Part shown: positions 55,420-64,000 of the stretch, one piece after another | How positions within the stretch are numbered: the stretch's first letter is position 1 | How the letters are laid out: each line of letters starts with the position of its first letter | NCBI GenBank assembly: GCA_951406725.2 | Contig: OX597831.1 | Span: 68,820,001 to 68,884,000 of the forward strand | Length of the DNA: 64,000 bases | Origin: Octopus vulgaris | Taxonomy: Eukaryota | Reading direction: 5' to 3' | The notes under the pieces: model-generated | Databases searched by the model: none | Told to the model about the DNA's origin: nothing | The model's input: only the letters and a program-made list of their open reading frames with translations | Made by a program: the position numbers and the translations under genes

Positions 55420-55510
55420 AACAACAACAACAACAACAATAATAATAATGATGATGATAATAATAATAATAATAATAATAAAAATAATAATAATGATAAT
55501 AACAATAATA
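55010..55510. repeat. (AAT/GAT)n trinucleotide tract
   Basis: About 500 bp of mixed AAT/GAT/AAC. Confidence 0.97.
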
Positions 55511-56596
55511 GCAACCTACCACTGTATTTGAATATGTACATTATTTATCAATCTGAAAAGGGTGACAGACAAAGTTGACCTCTGTAAGATTTGAACTCAG
55601 AGGGCACAAAGCCAGGATTAACTGCCACAAGACTATCTGATGTTGTAACAACACTAATAAATTGTTATCCTGGCATTTATTACTTTCCTGTTTATATGCT
55701 AAAATTACAATATTTCAAATGATTACAATTTATAACTCCATGAGCAAGAAGACCTAGAAGCCATGAATTCCATTGTCTCTTTAAGATCTTCAAAATTCTT
55801 ACTTGACTTAAATATCATTTGTATTATTAATTCCAATTCAGTTATCATTATTAATAGATGTAATAATTACTTTCCAAGCATTAATGGCAATATTAAGAAT
55901 ATTACAACATTTCATACATATTTTCCATTTCTATAATTTTCTGAATTAATACAGATACCAAACTCCTAGATTTCATCTGCTAATGCTGGGAATATATTAT
56001 CTTATAAGTGCTCGTAAAAGGTCAACAATATGTTCAAAATTCTAAAACTACTTAAAAATATATGAATCCATTAGCATTTTATGAATAATGACACAAGTTG
56101 TATGTGTAATCTTAAGTTAAACTTCAATATTGGTTAATAAACTAAAAGTCATAACAATACCTGACATACTTTGTATTCATGGAAGGCACAGAAGCTGTGA
56201 GACAGGTAGAAATATCAATGAAATAGTAAAAGAACATTGCCATTGCAAATGCATTACACAGTCAACTATAGACTACTGGCTCAAGTTTACTAGTTATTCT
56301 TTCATTTGGGTCACTATCTTTAAAACTGAAAATAATAAAAACATATCCTTCTTTACACACAGATTTCATTCATGAATGTACTGAGTAAAGGTTTATCTTT
56401 TAGAAAGCAAACAGTGAAAAGATAATTGAAATGTTGCTATTAGGAAGTGGATATAGGATTAGTAGATAAAAAAATAAATACTCCAGAACTGCTGATATCC
56501 AAGATTATAACACTAATGATTGAGATTAATTAACACAGAAGAATACAGTGAAACATTTAAACACGCTATGAGTTTATTTGAGATAAACAGTTTTGC

Positions 56597-56759
56597 ATAG
56601 GTGCAGAAGTGGCTGTGTGGCAAGTAGCTTGCTTACCAACCACGTGGTTCCGGGTTCATTCCCACTTGAGCAAGTGTCTTCTACTGTAGCCTCGGGCCGA
56701 CCAAAGCCTTGTGAGTGGATTTGGTAGATGGAAACTGAAAGAATCCCGTTGTATATATG

Positions 56760-56812
<53 letters not shown>

Positions 56813-56996
56813 TTGTATGTCTGTGTTTGTTCCCCACCCCCAACATCGCTTGACAACTGATGCTGGTGTGTTTACTTAGTGGTTTGGCAAAAGATATCGA
56901 TAGAATAAGTACTAGGCTTCAAAGAATAAGTCCTGGGGCAGTGCTCCAGTATGGCCGCAGTCAAAATGACCGAAACAAGTAAAAGAGTAAAAGAGA
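56597..56996 (+). mobile_element. SINE family A
   Basis: tRNA-like head at 56597, (TAAAAGAG) tail. Confidence 0.9.
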
Positions 56997-57076
56997 TTTT
57001 TCATCTTGTTTCTTTGCTGGGTGGAGGTGCTTATCTCCCCTGTTTGAAAACATAGGGACACAGTACGCTTGTGTCA

Positions 57077-57361
57077 CATCGCCTTAAGTTAGCTATTTGA
57101 TACACAAACTGTATCCATATAACCTTCGAACAAGGGAGGTCAGTCGCTCCACACTATTTGACCGACAGCTACAGACGCATTTCGGGGTATTGCCCCTTGT
57201 CAATGTAGCGTAGTCAGACCAGTAGGTGTCGCTTCCGACAAGGGGCAATACCCCGAAACGCGTCTGTAGCTGTCGGTCAAGTAGTGTGGAGCGACTGACC
57301 TCCCTTGTTCGAAGGTTATATGGATACAGTTTGTGTATCAAATAGCTAACTTAAGGCGATG
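57077..57361. repeat. Long fold-back: 125-bp inverted arms, 35-nt spacer
   Basis: 57077-57201 vs 57237-57361, two mismatches seen. Confidence 0.95.
57168..57209 (-). ncRNA. Type I hammerhead ribozyme, U3-A8 core variant
   Basis: GCTACA-TTGACAA-GGGG CAATA CCCC-GAAA-TGCG-TC-TGTAGC: perfect 6-bp stem I, 4-bp stem II, GUC site. Confidence 0.75.
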
Positions 57362-57495
57362 GCCTCATGGAGCTAATAAGCGGACAGCTTTATTCTTATT
57401 TTTATAAGAATGCCATATTAGTATGGCGATAACTATTAATTTCCAGGAACGCTGCCGTATTCTCTTTTAGAGAGACTTAGTAATTTTAATATTTC

Positions 57496-57539
<44 letters not shown>

Positions 57540-57573
57540 TTACATACACATAGATATTGCCTCTCTTTGGTAT

Positions 57574-57620
57574 TTACCATTGATAATGGCTAAAGAGCTA
57601 GAAGCATCGATGTATGGGAA
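57574..57620 (+). ncRNA. Second U3-A8 hammerhead-like motif (GAAG instead of GAAA)
   Basis: CCA-TTGATAA-TGGCT AAAG AGCTA-GAAG-CATCGATG-TA-TGG. Confidence 0.5.
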
Positions 57621-57794
57621 TCTGATAGGTGGCAGCACTGGACAGTTTTACACCTTTTTACTATAAGACAGAATTTTTCTCAGGGTAACTGCAGTGAATT
57701 TGCCTTTTGCAGCTGAAATACGACACACACATATTGTGACTAATCTAAATTTTGCTTATACCTAAACAGTTTGATGCTGAGATATATATATATA

Positions 57795-58018
57795 TTTCTT
57801 TACTACCCACAAGGGGCTAAACACAGAGGGGACAAACAAGGACAGACAAACGGATTAAGTTGATTACATCGACCCCAGTGCGTAACTGGTACTTAATTTA
57901 TCGACCACGAAAGGATGAAAGGCAAAGTCGACCTCGGCAGAATTTGAACTCAGAGCATAACGGCAGACGAAATACGGCTACGCATTTCGCTTGGCATGCT
58001 AACGTTTCTGCCAGCTCA
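57795..58018 (-). mobile_element. SINE family C
   Basis: Matches 6775-7007. Confidence 0.88.
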
Positions 58019-58126
58019 TATATATATGCCTTAATTGGTATATATAAATATTTAATCTTCGGATTCTTTTTTAATATGCTAGACCACTGGTTTTAATTGA
58101 TAAATATTGATTTCTACCCTTAATTA

Positions 58127-58135
<9 letters not shown>

Positions 58136-58177
<42 letters not shown>

Positions 58178-58382
58178 ATATATATATATATGTGTATGTA
58201 TGTGTGTGTATATATATATGTATGTATGTATGTATGTGTGTATATATATATATACATATGTATGTATGTGTGTATATATATATATATATATGTATGTATG
58301 TGTGTATATATATATATATGTATGTATGCGTGTATATATATATGTATGTATGTGTGTATATATATATGTATGTATGCATGCA
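58136..58382. repeat. (TA/TATG)n compound microsatellite
   Basis: Direct inspection. Confidence 0.95.
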
Positions 58383-59355
58383 TCTATTATAGCAAGTCCA
58401 TTCTGCAAACTGGTTGGTGTTAGGAAGGGCATACACCCTTAAAAACTGTGACAAAATAGTCAGTGGAGCTTGGCGTCAAATTGTACAACTCATGCCAGCA
58501 TGGAAGAGTGATGTTAAATGATGATGATGATGATGACAACGTAATTCTATCTTCCAAATAATTATTGGTCATTTGAGATATCTGATATTGATTTAATAAT
58601 GACTTGTGATGTTTTTTGTTTAAAAGTTTATTTTCATGAATGTCTTAAAAGACACAACTGGATTTGACTGCAATCTTTTTATAAATGCTTTTCTATTTTA
58701 TTCTTCATATTTTATGTTTAATTTTGATCAATAACATTTCTAAGTTCATTACCATAATAAACAAGTACAACATTTTCTTATTGGATGACTATGTATTTAC
58801 AATAAGGAGCCATTGCAGCAACATACAATAGTGCATGAAACAAAACTAGACAGAAAAACATTAGTTGCTAATGCTACCATCCTCGATAAAATTCCACAAA
58901 AAAGAACTAGATTTGATGTGGACGCTTTATTAATAGCACAATATAACTAAAAACAAAAAATCAACACACAGAGATACTATTTTGTGAAATAAATTACATA
59001 AGTAACCTAGGGTTGACTGTTAAAGTGTTTTAGCGCCAATAACAATGGTTTTTATCAGTTTTACCATAATTTTCATAATAACTTGCTACCTATTATATAA
59101 ATATAGCTTTAATGGCATCATCGCTGCTTGATTTGGAAGAGGTTATTGCAATGTTAAAGTTAAGAAAGCTATTAATCAAAAAGATTGAACTTTAATAATC
59201 TCTTGTTTTCAATATTATATGTATGTAGAAAGAAGGGTTTTCTCTCTTCAAATTTATTTGTATTTATAGAGAGGGTAGAGATGGGAATATGTTTGTGAGA
59301 GCCTTCATGCTAATTGCTCAAGTAGCCTTTCCCTGGAAATAGTTGAAGATTTTGT

Positions 59356-59668
59356 TGTGTGTTGTTGTTTGTTCCCTCTCGAGCCATGCCTGGCTCATAA
59401 GGGCTGGTTTCCCAGTTTCATGGCATATAGATTCCCCACCTGGACGGGATGCCGGTCCGTCGCAGGTGAGCTGCAAGATGCAGGAGGAAAGAGTGAGAGA
59501 AAGTTGTGGTGAAAGAGTCAGCAGAAGTTTCGCCATTACCTTCTGCCAGAGCTGCGTGGAGCTTAGGTGTTTCGCTCATAAACACACACGTCGCCCGGTC
59601 TGAGATTCGAACCCGTGATCCCTCAACCGTGAGTCCGCTGCTCTAACCACTAGGCCATGTGCCTCCAC
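59356..59668 (-). mobile_element. tRNA-derived SINE family E with 15-bp TSD
   Basis: Head TGGCCTAGTGGTTAGAGC..GGTTCGAATC; TSD AGTTGAAGATTTTGT at 59341-59355 and 59669-59683. Confidence 0.9.
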
Positions 59669-59683
59669 AGTTGAAGATTTTGT

Positions 59684-60735
59684 CTGTATAGCAGCAACAA
59701 TGTCCCATATGATAGAGCAGTACTCCATTGTGAGCCTTACTCGAACTTTATAGAAAGTTAATGGCTGTCTGAGAGCTGAAATATTTTCTAATCCTGAAGT
59801 GAAAAGCTAATCTCTAAATGTAATTTTTGCTGTGTTGAGGGTATGTGTTCACCAAGGGAGATCCTTAGTGACAGCAAAGCATAACATTTGAAGTATCTAT
59901 GAGTTACCTGACTGTATTGCTTATGTTTAAGGTGGCATCAGTAATGGTGGAAGGTAGAGTGTGGAAAATGTTTTCTTGATATGTGCAGAGACTGTAATTT
60001 TTTGCTGTTGGAGGAGACAAGGTTGGCATGACCTCATTGGAAGATATTTTCAAGTTTTCTGTTGATGGAATCATTGTACATTTTATGTGAGGTTTTGTGT
60101 TGCATGGAGATGTTTTAGTGTGAAAGATTGTTGCTTGTTCCTTCTTGAGCCATGCCTGGCTCATAGGAGCCAGTTTCCTGGTTTCTTGGCATATAGGTTC
60201 CCCCCCTGGGCGGTCCATCGCAGGTAAGCTGCAAGATGCAGGAGGAAAGAGTGAGAGAAAGTTGTGGCGAAAGAATCAGCAGAAGTTTCGCCATTACCTT
60301 CTGTCGGAGACGCGTGGAGCTTAGGTGTTTCGCTCATAAACACACATACCGCCCGGTCTGAGATTCAAACCCACGATCCCTCGACTGCGAGTCCACTGCT
60401 CTAACCACTAGGCCACGTGCCTCTGCTGTGAAAGATTAGGAAGGAATGAAGGCTATCTTTAGTATACAAGTGGGTATTGTTTGAGGTGATAGCAAGAAGG
60501 TCATTGATACGTAAGTAGAAGAGTTTGGACAAACTGAACATTGGGATGTATCTGATTTGATAAAGTGGAAGTTAGAGAGATCTTTATCAGTATGCAATAT
60601 GATTGTATTATCAGATAAGAAGCCACTACTTTCTCAATGCTGAGTGCTTCCTAGTAAGAGACATGAGAGAATAGTTCACCAATGGATCTTTGGTAAGCAG
60701 TGATATATAGAACAACACTCGCCCTACCATCAGTA
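59684..60735 (-). mobile_element. CR1/Jockey-like LINE RT remnant
   Basis: LFYLRINDLLAITSN..Y(TKD) RT core region and YKVRVRLTMEYCSIIW C-terminal motif; interrupted by SINE E. Confidence 0.7.
60130..60426 (-). mobile_element. SINE family E, copy 2, with TSD
   Basis: TSD TGTGAAAGATT at 60119-60129 and 60427-60437. Confidence 0.9.
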
Positions 60736-61154
60736 TTCCTAGGAAATCCGAGATGATATCCATTTATCATTGCAAGCAAACATTTATCCGGAACTAGTTT
60801 CAAGTGATTAATTTTTAAATTAATGACCAGGAAAACTGATGAGTTAATTCTGTAATGAACAAAAGTTAATCTCCACAGAGATGCTATATCTACATCCTAG
60901 TTGTCCCTTAAAGTGATTTTCACTTGCAGTCTACAACAATTTTCATCAAGTGATCAGATTAATGTAATGCAAATAAATGTTCAGATCAACCTGAAGGTAT
61001 TAAGAATGAATATGCATGTCAGCCTCTTGATTCTCTCTCTTATGAACACATGATCATTCATCTTCAATTTGGCAGACATCAACATAATTTGTTTACTGAA
61101 TTCTAAAAGCAAGAATAACTACTCTTGTTTATAGTCATTGATTTAGGAAGGAGG

Positions 61155-61201
61155 CTTTGACTGATGATGTACAACCAAGTTGAAACACTTGTGTCTCAAA
61201 G
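61155..61201 (+). ncRNA. Type I hammerhead motif with canonical core and irregular stem II
   Basis: CTTTGA-CTGATGA-TGTAC AAC CAA GTT-GAAA-CAC TT GTG-TC-TCAAAG; predicted cut after C61195. Confidence 0.7.
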
Positions 61202-61489
61202 TCACCCTCCATTAATGAATTGAAGATGTTGTTAACACACATCATTTGAAAGGAGAGGGTGTTATCTGCAGGTGAAACAGAACAGCAATTAACATTTCCT
61301 CATTCATACCTGCCAGAAAGTATTAAGAGTGAATATGCATGTCATTATTTTGATTCTCACTGTTTTACATGCATTTGATAATTTATTATATACATACATG
61401 TATATACTATATACATAAACCTCCCACACACACATATATGTGATACAAATGCATGTGTGTGAGTATATATATATATATATATATATAGA

Positions 61490-62127
61490 AAATAGTAAAA
61501 AGTGAAAACACTACAGAAGGCTTAAAGGTTAAAAAATATATATTTGAGTCAATATGTCTGAAGAATATTAAAAAATTTTTTCTTACAATGACATAATTTA
61601 GAAGAAAGACCGGTTTCGCGTTTAGTTTTTCAAATTTCTTACGTCATTATGTTTATGTTGAACAGAGTTATCGTTATGTTTATGTTTAAAAGAGTTCTAA
61701 ATAAGGGGAGGTAATGAGTGATTTCTTCCGGTGTAAGGGAGATAATCGCTTAAAATTTTTTGCCTTTCCCTTGGTGTGAATTTCTCTGTATCAGTATGTT
61801 GGAATGGTTAAGTCTGGGCTTGTACTTTTCAATGAAGAATGTTTCCTTGTTTAGTCTAATTTGTGTTGATGATCCGATAGCACATTGGTAAAATGGAAAG
61901 ATTAAAAATTGTGGTAGTAGTTGCTTTGCACATTTCTCAATGTGCTCACTAAAAGGTATCATTCTGTATTCTGGGAAACCTGTGAAACACACAGACTAAG
62001 TCTATTTATGGACATCCTCCTGAAACCCTTCCTTAAACATATCAATAGCCATATCAGAGATGACTTAGATATGTTAAACCACCTTCCAAAAAAAGCCAAG
62101 GAAGAAACAATCCTGGTTTCATTTGAG
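61490..62127. mobile_element. Rearranged Penelope-like element (GIY-YIG end on minus strand, RT piece on plus strand)
   Basis: Minus: EHIEKC..FLIFPFYQ..RLNKETFFIEKYKPRLN, followed by a GAAACCGGTC hammerhead 3' half near 61610. Plus: LSLFMDILLKPFLKHINSHIRDDLDMLNHLP..ILVSF. Confidence 0.8.
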
Positions 62128-62377
62128 GTGATAGCAAGAAGGTCATTGATACGTAAGTAGAAGAGTTTGGACAAACTGAACATTGGGATGTATCTGATTT
62201 GATAAAGTGGAAGTTAGAGAGATCTTTATCAGTATGCAATATGATTGTATTATCAGATAAGAAGCCACTACTTTCTCAATGCCGAGTGCTTCCTAGTAAG
62301 AGACATGAGAGAATAGTTCACCAATGGATCTTTGGTAAGCTGTGATATATAGAACAACACTTGCTCTACCATCAGTA
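62122..62377 (+). repeat. 256-bp near-identical copy of 60480-60735
   Basis: Direct repeat with only a few substitutions. Confidence 0.95.
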
Positions 62378-62505
62378 CATCTTATACACACACGCACCTC
62401 TGTGTTGGGGGCTCCTTCGTATTGGAGGTCATCTTGACCTTTTTATCTCCCCTACTTCCCCTCTCCCGTTGACCATTCTGTCCGAAGTCAGATGCCATGA
62501 AAGAT

Positions 62506-62748
62506 GTATGTGTGTGTGTGTGTGCATGTGTGTATTTGCATATCTGTGTTTGTCCCCCCACCACCATCACTTGACAACCGATGTTGGTGTGTTTGCATCC
62601 CCGTAACTTAGTGGTTCGGCAAAACCAACTGATAGAATAAGTACTAGGCTAACAAAGAGTAAGTCCTGAGATCAATTTGTTCAACTAAAGGCAGTAGCTC
62701 CAGCATGGCCACAGTCAAATGACTGAAACAAGAAAAGAAAGAAAGAAT
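62506..62748 (+). mobile_element. SINE family A 3' half
   Basis: Family A body and tail. Confidence 0.85.
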
Positions 62749-62753
62749 ATTGT

Positions 62754-62950
62754 GATGGTCATATTTTGGCTAATTAACCACAGACACCAAACAGTTGGTC
62801 TTCACTTCAGCTTTTGTTATTAGTCTTATTTTAGTGTTTTTGTCTAAAGTCTTTCGTCACACATCCTGTGACCTCTTCTGAACAATAACAAAGCTGAAGT
62901 GAAAACTGAGTAAATAGTGTGTGTGGTTAATTGGCACAAATACGACCATC
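62754..62950. repeat. Imperfect fold-back with a hammerhead-like motif in its spacer
   Basis: Arms GATGGTC..TTAACCAC..TTCACTTCAGCTTT(T)GTTATT and their reverse complement. Confidence 0.75.
62840..62885 (-). ncRNA. Type I hammerhead-like motif (U4A variant)
   Basis: TTGTT-CAGAAGA-G-GTCACA GGATG TGTGAC-GAAA-GACTT-TA-GACAA. Confidence 0.55.
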
Positions 62951-63198
62951 CCTGAAATACAACAATATCTGTTTCAATACATGATTTTACATCAGGAATC
63001 TTGCAAAACAAATACATTAATACGCCTCCCCCACCTCCCCACAACACCACATCACACCACACTACACTACACCATACAACATTACACATCACATCACAAC
63101 ACACCACCCACACACCCATCCCCACATCTTTACACCTACACATACATACACATACACGTCCAGACCACCAGCCCTCTTTCACACGCACATACATACTC

Positions 63199-63510
63199 TC
63201 TTATACACACACGCACCTTTGTGTTGGGGGCTCCTTCGTATTGGAGGTCATCTTGACCTTTTTATCTCCCCTACTTCCCCTCTCCCGTTGACCATTCTGT
63301 CCGAAGTCAGACGCCATGAAAGATCGTTAGCTACTACACATATTTTTTTTCTCTCCTTGTTTCTCTCCTTATTTTTTCTGTGTATCTTTCTGTCGAAGAG
63401 CGTAGGCTCGAAACGTAAAAGACTTTTTCTATTCCTGAGTGCTATACTAATACAACTGTTTGTTTTGTACACCACCTGTCTTTGTCTTTTGTTTTTTTTG
63501 TAAACTCTCC

Positions 63511-63512
<2 letters not shown>
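63199..63512 (+). mobile_element. Short non-coding repeat ending at (TA)n; first 126 bp duplicated at 62380-62505; hammerhead-like motif at 63385-63422
   Basis: TCTTT-CTGTCGA-A-GAGC GTAG GCTC-GAAA-CG-TA-AAAGA (A6 replaced by T). Confidence 0.55.
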
Positions 63513-63548
<36 letters not shown>

Positions 63549-63559
63549 TATTTTCATAA

Positions 63560-63720
63560 AGTTGAAAAAATCTTCACAACTGTTTCTCAGTGTTTCATGT
63601 GACCATTCATCAGACAGTTTGTGAAGTTCATTTTGCTTTAATTAAAATACTCTACTCTGTCCACTTTTGGTATTCAAGTACTATTCTTTCTATCTTGTTT
63701 TGTACTTATGTGCTTACTTC
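63560..63720 (-). mobile_element. Older, collapsed copy of the 19149-19380 fold-back element with a canonical-core hammerhead (63578-63619)
   Basis: Minus strand GTAAGCACATAAGT..AAACAAG..AGTACT..AATACCA matches 19154-19230; AACTGT-CTGATGA-ATG GTCA CAT-GAAA-CACTGAG-AA-ACAGTT. Confidence 0.7.
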
Positions 63721-64000
63721 TGTGTGTGTGTGAACTAATTATGTAAGCCTTATCGAGTGGGGGAAAAAGATGTGACCTATACATAGCACTTTACCAAACA
63801 TTTACATCAAAACGCAGATTAATTAATATGACATGAGTAAATATTTACACAAACATGATAGGATCTTACAAGATATAGGAATAATTCTAGATAGTCAATG
63901 CCCCAGCAACAATTGAGCTTGATAAACAAATAGAATAACATAACCTAAACATAAAAATATTTAATAATCACCATTAATAAAAACAAATACTCTATCCAAT

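Noticed and set aside
54921-55541. Longest ORFs in the track (206 and 188 aa)
   Set aside because: Translations of an (AAT/GAT)n microsatellite.
53300-56560. Possible L1/Tx1-like LINE remnants (also about 38440-39760 and 41750-43000)
   Set aside because: Too decayed to assign family or boundaries by eye.
59585-59668. tRNA genes at SINE heads
   Set aside because: A/B boxes continue into SINE bodies bounded by TSDs; no complete cloverleaf seen.

Overview
AT-rich, microsatellite-dense eukaryotic DNA, probably intronic or intergenic. The tRNA-derived SINE families and (TA)n/(TATG)n/(CAT)n tracts suggest a cephalopod such as Octopus (inference, no database check). I found no convincing host protein-coding exon; nearly all ORFs in the track are spurious or are transposon remnants. 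Transposon content: decayed Tc1/maT and mariner transposases, Helitron/Helentron pieces, hAT and piggyBac MITEs, R4/Dong, CR1-like and RTE LINE remnants, two gypsy integrase fragments, two Penelope-like (RT + GIY-YIG) remnants and five SINE families. The main observation is a set of about a dozen minimal type I hammerhead ribozyme motifs, some intact and some decayed, in mostly unrelated short non-coding elements. Several sit in long fold-back palindromes beside (TA)n tracts. Their cores show C3-G8, U3-A8 and G3-C8 pairings, i.e. apparent covariation. All folds were assigned by eye and activity is untested.
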